This document shows, piece by piece, positions 22,501-35,100 of a DNA stretch of 64,000 nt. The stretch comes from Podarcis erhardii (lineage: Eukaryota). A model generated the notes under the pieces. That model saw only the letters and a list, made by a program, of their open reading frames with translations, searched no databases and was not told the origin of the DNA. The stretch is from assembly GCA_964252035.1 (NCBI GenBank), contig OZ176204.1; one strand, 5' to 3'. Every line of letters begins with the position of its first letter. Positions within the stretch are counted from its first letter, which is position 1. Position numbers and translations under genes: made by a program.

Positions 22501-25500
22501 TGCTAGTGCTTTTTTTCGGGAATAAATGATGCAGGAAAGAAAAGGCGCACAAGCAGGAGGGACAGGGCAGCTCTGTGAAGGGGCAGAGCAGATGCTCAGA
22601 GAAGCTTCTTCCATGCACACCTGTTCTGCAAGCTGCCCTATCCCTCCTGCTTGCACGTGTAAGCAGCAAGGACAGGGAAGCTCCATGGATGGGCAGTGCA
22701 GACACGCAGAGAAGCTTGTTCCCTGTGCATCTGCTCTGCAAGCTGCCTTGTCCCTTCTGCTTGCGCTTGCAGGAGAGGCAGGGCGGCTTACAGAGCTGAG
22801 GCACAGGAAGGCTTCTTCCTATGGGACAGCTGTTAGCCTGGGAGGCTGAAGAGCCTCATTAAAGCCCCACTGTGCACCTCTGGCTCATGAGAAGACCCTC
22901 TCCAGAGCCCATAGAGCAGTGATGGCAAACCTTTTAGAGACCGAGTGCCCAAACTGCAACCCCAAACCCACTTATTTTTCACAAAGTGCCAACACAGCAA
23001 TTTATCCTGAATACTGAGGTTTTAGTTTAGAAAAAAACCAACTCATACATTAACATATTTTGTCTTAAAAGAAAAACACAATAACAGAGCATTCAATGAT
23101 ACAAACAACTTTTTATTGAAAGGTAAAAGTTTGCAATATCCTTGTTTGGGAAATCATGAAAAAGGGAATTACCGTATTTTTCGCTCTATATGATGCACCA
23201 GACCACAAGACGCACCTAGTTTTTGGAGGAGGAAAACAAGAAAAAAAATATTCTGAATCCCAGAAGCCAGAACAGCTGTGCAGTGAAAGCAGCAATCCCT
23301 CTTGCTGTTCTGGCTTCTGGGATAGCTGCACAGCCTACATTTGCTCTATAAGACTCACACACATTTCCCCTTACTTTTTAAGAGGGAAAAAGTGAGTCTT
23401 ATAGAGCAAAAAATACGGTACTCCCATACAGCATGGCCGTTTTGATAATTTCCCTTCAAGAAACTCTTCTTTGGGAGATTTCAAAGCAGAAGCCAAATGG
23501 CTATCTGCCATGGATACTGTAGCTGAAATCTCTGCATCGCAGGGGGGTTGGACTTAGATGACCCTCGGGTTCCCTTCTAACTCCCCACAATCCTATGAAA
23601 AAATAACAAAACAGTCTCCTTTGCCCTCCGCTGTGTGTCCCCTAGCAGGGAGGATCTTGCACTTACCCATGGCGATGGGAGAGAGTTCCTCTCAAAAGTT
23701 TGCTACCTGGCCTGACCAAGCAGGCAAAAAGGAAACCCCGGCGTGAACCCCAGAGACACGCGGCGGTTCAGCGCTCCGCTGTCATTGGTTGCAGCCTGGA
23801 AAGAAGGCACTGTTCCTTAAATTATGAATGTTTATGCATTCTAAACAAGGAGCTTCTTTTCATCTTAGAAATATAAATTATTTCATCCAGTAACTATCAG
23901 CCTTTGCTTATGACTTACATAACAAGCAGCATTATGCATTTAATAAAGTACTATACCATGAAATATTTTCTAAAATTAGTAAAAATATAAAATACATAAA
24001 TTATGCAAAACACATTTATCACGGTAATTCTCTAGCTACAGATTAATATATTTAAGCGTTTTGGTGAACTGGTTTGTATGCATTGTTTTGGAAATAGATG
24101 AAGTACTAGTGAGAAATTTTATTTGATATCACACTTTTTGATAATTTTTAACAGATCTAACTCATGGGAGAGACAGTCAGTGTTAAATGTCTTTCTCACA
24201 CACAGATCCTTCCTACTGCTCAGCGCTTGCTGGATGAGTTGCTCTCTTCACAGTCCACTGCTATCAATACTGTATGTGGAGCCCCAGGTAACTCTACCAG
24301 AATTCTGTATGTTAATATAAATAATAGCTTTCAAATAGGCAAACTTTGTTTTTGAAATGCTAGGGCATTGTGCTCTGTGATTGGTAAGGGGGAGGGCAGC
24401 ACAGTCAAAAGAATAAACAGAGAATCCTCTTGACCTGTTGGCTTATGAGTGGTGAGAAATGAAACATTATTTTCTTAGGGTTTCTTTTAATCCACCATGT
24501 GGTACCACTGGGATGAGAGTACAGTTTTGTTTGAGCTTTCATAAACATATTTGGAATGAAGCTCAGGTGTACTCTTTCACCTGCCACTCTGGGTAAATGG
24601 GGGAAGATAAACCACTTACAGAAACATATGCAAAAATGTATCTGTTTTTTTCTTAAGATCCCACTGCCGGTCCCTCTGCCTCAGATCAAAGCACCTGGTA
24701 CTTGGATGAATCTACATTAAGCGACAACATAAAGAAAACCCTTCACAAATTTTGTGGTCCATCTCCTGTTGTCTTTAGGTAAATTCTCTTTTTCCTTTTA
24801 CCTTCACAACTTGTGGTGGTTCACCAAGCCCAAACACAACCTCATGCCTTCTATCATAGCCTGCCAGGTGCTTGGACACCCCCCCCCCCCCCATTTTTGC
24901 AGATTGAGTCAGACAGTGAAAATAGATGGTCTGTCAAGCGTCTGGCCAACAGCCATAAATGGCTAATAGGCTATACTTGAACAAATTAGTTTAAATTGTG
25001 CGGGCACACCTTTTGGTTATGATTTCTCTGAAGGTGGTCTGAATCTATATTTTGTGGTTGCTTCTAAGTTATAAATGTCAGTATTTGTATTGCTTTGCCC
25101 TGTGTGTTTAACCAAGAATTTGTCTAGTCAGGACAGCAAACCATTGGCTATTGATGGAACACAATGACAGCTTTTTTCAGAGACCAGTATCTAGTGCAGT
25201 GGTGGGGAACGTCCGGTCTTGGAGCCTAATTAGCCCTGCAAGGTCATTTCTCCCAAACCACACCCATTTGCCCAATACCCAACATCATATGTGATTCTAG
25301 GGTAAAGGTGGATCTGGAATCAGCTGTGTTATGGGAGTTCCCCACGGATAGTGCATTTTCAAAGGGGCTGCTCACAGTGCCCATCATTTGATCAGCACTG
25401 AGAGGAACTCCTTCAAAGGTAATTTTTCACCTGACTGGCAGCGATTGTGCACCTTCAAATGAGTTGATGTCAAAGCGGGTTAGGGCTTTGTTTTCCATCA

Positions 25501-26140
25501 AGATTCGATGCATCATTTCTGGCTGCATGTTTGTCTGAACGCTCTTCCATACAAGGAAGTTTAGTGCATAGAAAATGGACAGAACTCTTTTCCTTATAGC
25601 AAGCTGTATATCAAGTCTCTTCTCCCTATATCTCTATATATTTATTTATTTATACATACACATGTACAGCCCAGCCTTCACAATGCAGTTTCAAGGTGAG
25701 TTATGTGCAGCTTAAAAAAACAAACAGGCCACATATTATAAAACAACACTAAGCCATCAAATAGACAATATTGGCAAGCAAAACCAGCAGCAACACCATG
25801 GAACAAGTGATACTCTGAACTCATCCTCCGCCACCACAGCCTGTGGGGCAGGCACACCTCATAAGAAGGGGCACAACCTGTGGACCACCACAGAGAAGGT
25901 CACAGAGAGCCAGTGTGGTGTAGTGGTTAAGAGCGGTAGTCTCGTAATCTGGGGAACCGGGTTCGCGTCTCTGCTCCTCTACATGCAGCTGCTGGGTGAC
26001 CTTGGGCCAGTCACACTTCTGTGAAGTCTCTCAGCCCCTCTCACCTCACAGAGTGTTTGTTGTGGGGAAGGAAGGGAAAGGAGAATGTTAGCCGCTTTGA
26101 GACTCCTGAAGGGGAGTGAAAGGCGGGATATCAAATCCAA

Positions 26141-26171
<31 letters not shown>

Positions 26172-29100
26172 TTCTTCTTCTTCTTCTTCTTCTTCTTCTT
26201 CTCATGAACCTCTTACCCTTGAACTTCACAGGGCTGCATAATTGCCACCAGATCCTAACACATGGGCAGGTCTATATGTGAGGAACTGCTCCTTTGGATA
26301 TTTGGGCCCATGCTGTTTAGGGCTTTATATGTCAGTGTTGTTGGCATCTGTCTCGGGAGACAGTGGAAGCATTTGCCTTCAGAGGTGAAGTCAAACTGTT
26401 GGAGATTTACAGTGCCTGCTGTGGCTTTAGAGATCAAGACAAGAGAGACAAGTTTTGTTGCAGCTGGGGAAGATGAAAGTGTCCAGTTGTGCTGATGCAA
26501 GCGTACCATGGCGTTTCTTCTTTCTGCGCTCCTCCTCTGGTCACTGCTGTGGATGCACGACCTGTCTGATGGTCTTCAGGTGCAGTGGTCATCTGCATGG
26601 GACACACGCAACCAGTGCAACCATAATATTTGCCTGGATGATAGTTCTCATCAGTACCCTGGCCACTGCATTCTGTACATGTTTTCCGCTAAATGGATGG
26701 ATAGATTGCCCTGTATTTCCTTTGGTGCCAGGCAAAAGCGTTCCTCTTCAACCAGGCCTTTGGCTGATTAAGATCCAAACCCTTTTAAATGTGTATGGGG
26801 TGGGGATGGGGATATTGATTTATTCTTGTTCTCATAATGTATTTTGTGTTTTTTATCTAGTATTTTTATGTTGTGAATTGCCCTGAGATCTATGGAGCAT
26901 ATAAATTTAATAAACAATAATAGTTTGTGTCATGCCATTCAAGTTTCTACTTAAAACTGGTTTGGTGGCTACTTTTGCATTGCACTAGGGTTCCATCTTT
27001 TTTGGGGGGGGGGTGGATGATGAAGAAGCTGGCTTATCTGCGACTTTGCTCCTAAGTGATCAATCAGTGCTTTGCACTGTAGAAGAGAACCCTCAGGGGG
27101 CTTGCAATTTGATCTCCAGTTTTCTTTCCTCCTCCTACATACTGTTACAATGGAGAGGGTATCCTCTGAATACTCTTGGACAAAACCACATCAAGAGAAA
27201 GCCTTGAGCCCTTGTTGAAGCTCCCAATTCCAGCACAGGTCCTGGTTGAAGATGGAGATCAGCTCGTGGCACTCCCCAGTGAGTCAGGAAAACAGAACTC
27301 CAGCTGAGACAGTTCATCATTCCAGATGCGTACTGCTGCTCTGCAAATGGCTTCAAACGTTTGGGGAATTCTCTTCATTTCTCTAGGCATTAATGTAATT
27401 GCCTCTGGGATACCAAGGACTGCAGTTCACCTGCCCATCTTCATCTTACCATAGGGAGCCTATGGGTAATACAAGGCTTCACAAGATGGATGGTTGCCTT
27501 TGCCTTTTAGAAATAACTGCTTTCACATCCATTTAACAGAGGGATGGTAGAGAATCTTATTTCCAGCTCCAGTGAGTAGTTCAGGGCATTCGTGATTTCT
27601 CTCTTTTTGTCTTGAGTCATCAAAAAGAACATAGGAATAGACATGGCTGAGACCTAATGAGGAGTTTAATGCAGGAGGCACCAATTGGTTGGGTTGAATG
27701 CTGATCACCAATATATTGAGTCAAGTTTGCTCTCTGAATAATTTGGAGACGGAAAGGAAACACCTTGGTGTCTGTTTTCTGCTTCTGCATTCCTGACAAT
27801 TTAGACTTAAGGTCCTGGAAATGCTCCAGTTGCAGATTCCTATGATAGATCCCTGATAGAATTCAAGTTCATGGCATGGCTCCTAAGACCCAGAAGACAA
27901 TGCTCTTGGTCCTTTATTTTGAAGAAGAAGAAGAAGAAGAGTTTGGATTTGATATCCCGCCTTTCACTCCCTTTAAGGAGTCTCAAAGCGGCTAACAATC
28001 TCCTTTCCCTTCCTCCCCCACAACAAACACTCTGTGAGGTGAGTGGGGCTGAGAGACTTCAGAGAAGTGTGACTGGCCCAAGGTCACCCAGCAGCTGCAT
28101 GTAGAGGAGCGGAGACGCGAACCCGGTTCCCCAGATTACGAGACTACCGCTCTTAACCACTACACCACACTGGCTCTCTCTATTTTGGAGATGTTCAGTC
28201 AACACATTGGTCATGGAGTGACAAGGTACCACTCACAACCAAAGCACTGGAATATATTCATCCTTTCTCATTTGATTCCAAGGAGTAGATGTTTCCTAAT
28301 TTGAGGCAACAACATCTGTAACCAGCGATTCCTGTCTGATTCCAGAGGGAGATGCCTTGAAACTAGACTGCTAGAAGGACTCAGGTTGTGTTTAGGAGAT
28401 CTTTAATGGCTGCTGCTGTGTTTCTATGCTCCAGGATGGCCCTCGCATGGCTGAAATGGCAGCACTGGAAACAAAAACCCAAGAGCAGCTCAAATTTGTA
28501 GTTAATTGTACAGCAGCAGCTCCTACCCTGCTTGATGGCATTGTTTATATGCTGCAATATGCAGCTAGGATCACAGCATCCACACTTTCAACTTAGGCTC
28601 TGGTTCTAACTGTGGGGAGAATAACTGACTACCAAGTCTGTCTTTACGTAAGTTTGAAGGTGACTGAGCAGGGGGGACAAGTGATAAATTGAAAAGGATC
28701 CAGAAAATGCTCCTGCAACTCACACTAAAATTTCCAACGAGTTCAGTGTCCAGATGGCCTTCCATACCCAGGTAGTGGGTTGTGTGGAAATTTTTGTCCC
28801 CATGTAGGATCTGGCTACATCAGACAGTTGGGTATAGGAGATGGTTCATCTTGAGTCCTGGCTGGTGCTGGCAGGGATATCACAACTATCTTTTTTGTCT
28901 TTCCTGTGCCACAGCCTTGGCAAAGTGAAAGTTTGTGTGAGAGATCATCCAGAAGCTGCTGAAGGCTTGGTTTATTGAACTTGTGCCCTACCTACAAAGA
29001 GTCAAAAGTGTCTGCTCTCTCCTGAAGAAGTGTGCATGCACACGAAAGCTCATACCTAGAACTAACTTAGTTGGTCTTTAAGGTGCTACTGGAAGGATTT

Positions 29101-32100
29101 TTTTGCTCTCTCCTTGTTCATGTGCTCAAGAAAAAATGGAGAGGGAAAGGCTACCCTGAAACTGAAAAGTCAGGTTTTGCTGGATACTTGGGCCTCCATT
29201 TTAATGACAGTGGCCCCAGGTGAGTTCCTGACATGCATAAACCTCAAAAGATCGCATCCCAGTGAATTTTGCATAGCAAAATTATTTGCTTTGCTTCATA
29301 GGAAACCTCATTTTCAGTGCTTCACACTGACCTTGCTATAGCTTTCTTTACAAGAACCTTCACCAAGTTACTGGTGGTAAGCACTGCAGACCTTGGACTT
29401 TGGGGAGCTGAAGCTCATCCTTATCTTAGCAACATACTTATCTGGATGTAGAAAGAACCAGAGGTATATGGCATTAGTAATAGCCTCCCTACGGAGTTAT
29501 CTCTTCTCTTCTTTCATGATGGAGAGCCTGGGTGTAATTATAGAGACTATGCAAGCTGCAGTTTTCCAGAACATTTGCTAGCCCTTCAAGTGATGGGCAT
29601 ACTGGCTCATCTTTTGGGGCAGCTTGAATGGATCTGGTGTCTTGAGGTTGGCCCGTTTCTGACCACTGCAGCTTTATCATGCAGTCACATCAAGGATTTG
29701 TTATGACTGTAGGTGGTTATACAATTCCAGTGTCTCCAGTCTTTAAGCCATCCCTGGTTGCTACAGAACTACTGCTTCTTTTGCTGTCAGATCCACATCT
29801 AGAAAAGTGATGCTAATGCCAGCTTGATGATCTGGGCACATGTTGTGATAATGATGTAGCTCATAAAGCCAGCTTCATTATTAATGAGCAAACAGCAATC
29901 TTCCTGGCTTGTCTCCACTTTCAGCACAAGCATCAAGGGTCCCATGTCATCATACAGACACAACATGCCAACCGTGTTGTACCTGAACAAACAGAAGTGA
30001 ATCACATCTCCTGTCTTGTGCAGACGGCTGTGTCTCATTCTGGGCCCTTCACCTCAAAGGAAAGGATAATATGCAGGCAGAACTTGGATCCCGAGGAAAA
30101 GAGCCTCATGTCTTTGACCTCACATTTTACGGCCCTCCTATGGGATCTTCTTGCATTCCCATCACAACGCAGAAATCAAACTTCTTTTCATGAAGCAAAG
30201 ATTCTTGATGGGTTTTTGTCTTTCCCCTACTTGTGAGAGTTCTTGCCAGTATCTGGATGGAATGGGCTGAGATCCTCTTTGTTCCCCCCCACCCCACCCC
30301 ACCCGTGACTGAGATGTCCTCTCCTATCAGGCTAGTAGCCTGTGTGTCCTGCTCAGTCAGTGGTGGCCTTTGTTATTCAAAATCACTCCTCTTCATTTCT
30401 AGGCAGAGAGAAAGGGTAAGTAGACTTGGATTACTCAGCTATATAGAGTTAGACACCCTACTTACAGTGAGGAGGGATTTCACTCTTTGGGTACTTGGAC
30501 ATTATTTTGCCAGGACAAGGGACTTGGTCTCTTGGCAGCTCCATTCCCTGCTGTTCTAGTTTTTCTCCAAGGTTGGCTTAATTTAGGGGTTAAATCTAAC
30601 ATCCTTTGTGTACTTGGATGGCTGCTTTAAGCTCCCTCATATCGTTAGTCAACAGGTGTTTCCCATTCCACATGTAAAGCATTTTCTTAGCGTGGCCTTG
30701 CATCCTGCCCTCCAGTGGTTCATCAAGCAAATTTCTGAACCCTTGAGAGTCATTCCCCCTTCTTCATTTCTCAATATTATATTCCCTGTTGCCATTACAG
30801 TACTTCACTATTCATATTCCCTTACGTTCAAAGATAACTTTGGACTCTTCATTTTACATGAAGGTAGCTTCACCCTTCCTGTGTCCTTAAAGTCACTTGT
30901 AGTTCCCACTGCGAGCAAAAACCTCTTTTGCCCTAAACATCTTGAGAGAAAAAGGGGTGTTGCCCAAACGTTGCACAAGCCCTTAATCTTTTGGCACAGA
31001 ATTACTTGTTTTTGTTTAATAATATGTATATATGGCTTAAGTAATGAAAATATCGAAATGGCTTACATGAAACAATGTAAAATATACATAATAAAAAAGT
31101 GATAAAATCAAACTTTAAAAACAAGTAGACATATTTTTTTAATGAAAATGTAGGTTAAATCAACCATTTTAAATTAATAATACAGAATAAAATTCAATGT
31201 CTGGGTGGGCTTGCCTAAACCTAAAAGATTTTAGCAGGCATCAAAAACAATATAGCGAAGTTGCCTGCCTAATACTAATATGCTGGGAGTTCCAGAGGGT
31301 TGGTGCTGTGACACAGAAGGATCAATTCATGAGCAGAACAAACATTATGTGCTAGTTGTAAACGTGCCAGTTTCACAGCTCAAGGCACTCAAGTGGGTAC
31401 ATACGGGGAAGTTGATCCTTCAAGAAATGGCGTACCTCCTTTGTCAATTACTGGGTTTAGGGGAGAGATGGAGTGACCCCCAAAGAACAAAGTCAACTTC
31501 TAAAGGCCTTGGACGCATCACCACCTGTTGGAATTGTAGCACACTTGCTTAGAGGAGCCGTTACTTCCTTGACTTTCATACAGGAAGAAGGCATACAGTT
31601 CTGTTTCACACATTGACTCTAGACATTCGGACAGCAATGTTTTTGCATCTGCAGTGGCCACCATTGATTGAAGGCTGCTTCTGTGCTTTCACCACCCTTG
31701 TGTTCAAACAGCAAATATCGCTCCCTTGTACAATTAGGGCTCAGTTCTATTAAGCCCTCGTGTCTGGACTGCTGAATGGTGACAAGCATAGTAGGAAGAA
31801 CTGAGAATTTGCTTACCTGTGAATTTCTCTTCTGTGTGCTCACCATAGTGATCCAGGGTTTTGATGCAGCGGACTGAAACCACAATCTTTTGACAAATAG
31901 AAGATTGGACTCAGTTTACTCCAATGGTTTCCAAAAGGAGTTCTAGCAAGCTCTCTGGAAATGTATCAGGAGTCCTTAAATGAAGAGATAATTATATATA
32001 TAGTGTCTTACCAGCACTGCAGCTTACCCATCTCTTAATGATCCTTTCCAGCAATGTGTAGCCATGTTGGAGTATTTTGTTGTTCTAGGACATACTGATG

Positions 32101-35100
32101 GATTTACTGGAGACATGAGACCTAATAGCATTTATGGTCAATTGACTAAAGCGCAGGATTGACAGATTAATATGTTTCAGTTATCTTTGATGGATAAGAT
32201 TCTTTGTGTAACATAGGCAAATTTTTCACCCAAGAAAGCAATTTACAGCCATAGTCCAAATAACTGGGCCTAATACACAACCTCGTCCAGCTTGTTCAGG
32301 TTTGCCTTTTACTCATCAGCATGAACACAGCTGTGTCAAACAATATTTTATTTTTAGTTTGATTTTTTTTACTGTGAAATCATGTAACTTGTAATAAGGG
32401 TGCTGCAAAATTCAGAGTGTTGGACCTGGTAGATATGAGTTCTTGTATAAGCTGTAGATGTGATGACTGGCCTCTAGTGTACATCTCTGTTGTTCATTTG
32501 CAAAAATGGGAGTAATAGTGTTAGGTCTCTCATTATTGGGCTGAAGGCTGGAGATGATGAAGGCTATAAAATAACTTTTCCGCCTTTAGAGTTACAGCAA
32601 CAGCTATTCTGCTTCTGTTTGTTACCTTGACTTTTCCTCCTAACCTCTATCTTGTCAAATTTCAGTGATGTGAACTCTATGTACCTTTCGTCCACGGAGC
32701 CCCCAGCTGCCGCCGAATGGGCCTGTCTCTTGCGTCCTCTGAGGGGGAGGGAGCCGGAGGGCATCTGGAACTTACTTTCTATTGTTCGGGAGATGTTCAA
32801 GAGACGGGACACCAATGCAGCCCCTCTGCTAGAAATTCTAACAGACCAGTGCCTGACCTACGAACAGGTACTATTAGATATATATTTATATTATTTAAGG
32901 CATTTATACCTTGACTTGTGAAGAATTCTGAGGACAGTCCACAAAAGCGATTTGATTCACAGTGCGTTGGGGAGGGGAAGGGCATGATGACAATGTAGTA
33001 AGCCTTGGGGGATATTGAGGTATCAAGACTTCTTGACCCAGCTGTGAACATCCTGCAGAAAAGCAGTGCGGTATTATTTTTAGGGCAGATACTTTTTAGT
33101 AAGGCAAAGGTGTACTTCCCTTGATGTCTGTTAAGCGTGGAATTATGTGTCTTAACCTGTCTGCATCCTCTCTCTACAGATAACCGGTTGGTGGTACAGT
33201 GTAAGGACATCTGCATCCCATAGCAGTGCAAGTGGGCACACTGGCCGTAGCAACGGCCAGTCAGAAGTGGCTGCTCATGCTTGTGCGAGCATGTGTGATG
33301 AGATGGTGGTTCTCTGGAGGCTTGCTGTCTTGGATCCGACCATCAGCCCTCATCGGTAGGTAGTGGGATCAGACCTTAATGAAGCTGTAAAATGTGACAT
33401 TTTGACAACCAGCCCATTAATGGATCTCTATCTTCTGCGTTTGAAATACTTAGGTTTGAAGTAGTTACAGATCCAAAACATGCAGAGGGTGGAGGGAAGA
33501 TTGCCATCAAAACTCCCATACTGCGTTCCCATTGTATCCTGTGCTTCTTTGGCCTTGCACTGCTTCATAACCCTCTATACTTCTGATACATAGTGATGGT
33601 GGATGGCGTTTGCTTATCATACTGTTGGGTTTTGCTACCAAGAAAAGAAGATTATATTAAAGCATGAAAGAGGGATCAATTTGTGGTACTTGTTAAAAGC
33701 TTGCTTGGAGACCTCTGACTACCATATTAGCAGAGGATGGATGCAGACACTGTTTACAACCCTCAGAGTTACTTCAGTGGGAATGAGAGCACATGCGTTG
33801 CCGGCATTTTTTTATTAAAATATCTGACGTAGCAGGGGTGGGAAAGGCCCCTGTCTGAATCTTTGGAGAGTTATTTTGAGGCAGAGTAAACACTATTAAG
33901 CAAGGTTGTCAAATGGTCTGTCTATGCATAAGACAGCTTTATATGTTCTTGATCATCTGAGGCTTGATGCTATCTAATATAAATGCAGTCAAGAGTATTA
34001 AGAAATCTGAATTGGCTGTGTAACTCCTCATCACAGCTCAGTGATAAAAGTAACAAAGGAAAGTTTGTAAGGAGGATCTGAAATTAGTACAGTGGTACCT
34101 CCAGTTACGAACTTAATTCGTTCCGGAGGTCCGTTCTTAAGCCGAAACTGTTCTTAATTTTGCTAATGGGGCCTCCCGCTGCTGGCGCGCGACTTCCACT
34201 CGCATCCTGGGGCAAAGTTTGCAACTAGGGGCATCTACTTCCTAGTTAGCGGAGCTCGTTACCCGAAGCATTCGTAAGGAGGACGGTACGTAACCTGAGG
34301 TTCCACTGTATCTTGGATGGGGTGGAAACAATAAATCTGGAAATCTTGCTTTGTAGCTCCTCTGTGCCACTTACATGTTCCTCCTCCCCTGTAATTCTAG
34401 GCGGAGAGATTTGTGCACACAGCTGAGGCAGTGGCAATTGAAGGTAATAGACAACGTCAAAAGGGGACAGCACAAAAAATCCCTCGAGAAACTATTCCAG
34501 GGGTTCAAGCCAGCTGTGGAAGCTTGTTACTTCAACTGGGAGGAGGCCTATCCAATTCCAGGCATCACGTACAGCAATGCTGACAAGAAGAACTCCTTTT
34601 GTTGGGTAAAGGCCATCCAGCAGCGAAACTGCCGACCGCAGTGTGGAGAAACCATCTGTGAAGCGGGGAGAGCTCATGGTCTGGATGTTTCGGGGACGTG
34701 CTTGCAACTAGGGGATCGGTCTCGCCCTGCCTCTCAGGAGCCCGCTGTGCGCCCCAAAGAACTCATTGGGAAGCGGAAAGTTGTGTCTGAAGGTCCCCAG
34801 CGGGTTCTGAGAAGACTTTCAGCCGAAGGTGATAAAGCTGCATACAAGACGGCTGTGAACAAGGGCGGCAAGCTTCCAGTGGGAAAGACCTTGGCCAGCA
34901 AACATAGCGGGAAGCGTCGCATGAGCAGCGAGGACAGCTCTCTGGAACCGGACTTGGCCGAGTTGGCTTTAGATGACAGCAGTTTGGCCCTTGGCGCCGA
35001 GGCTAGCAACACGTTCAGCTTCACAGACAGCCCGTTGAGCAGAAGTTACAGGGATACCTTTGAGGATGATGGTGGGGTGTATTTCTCAGAGGCAACTGAG

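Noticed and set aside
22444-22849. Overlapping ~100-aa ORFs on both strands with internal self-similarity
   Set aside because: Explained by the tandem palindromic repeat; no splice or domain support.
25905-25980. tRNA-like sequences at SINE heads (also 28105-28180, 36364-36440, 10070-10144, 4150-4229)
   Set aside because: They continue into repeated SINE bodies and tails and lack clean cloverleaf acceptor stems; they are SINEs, not tRNA genes.
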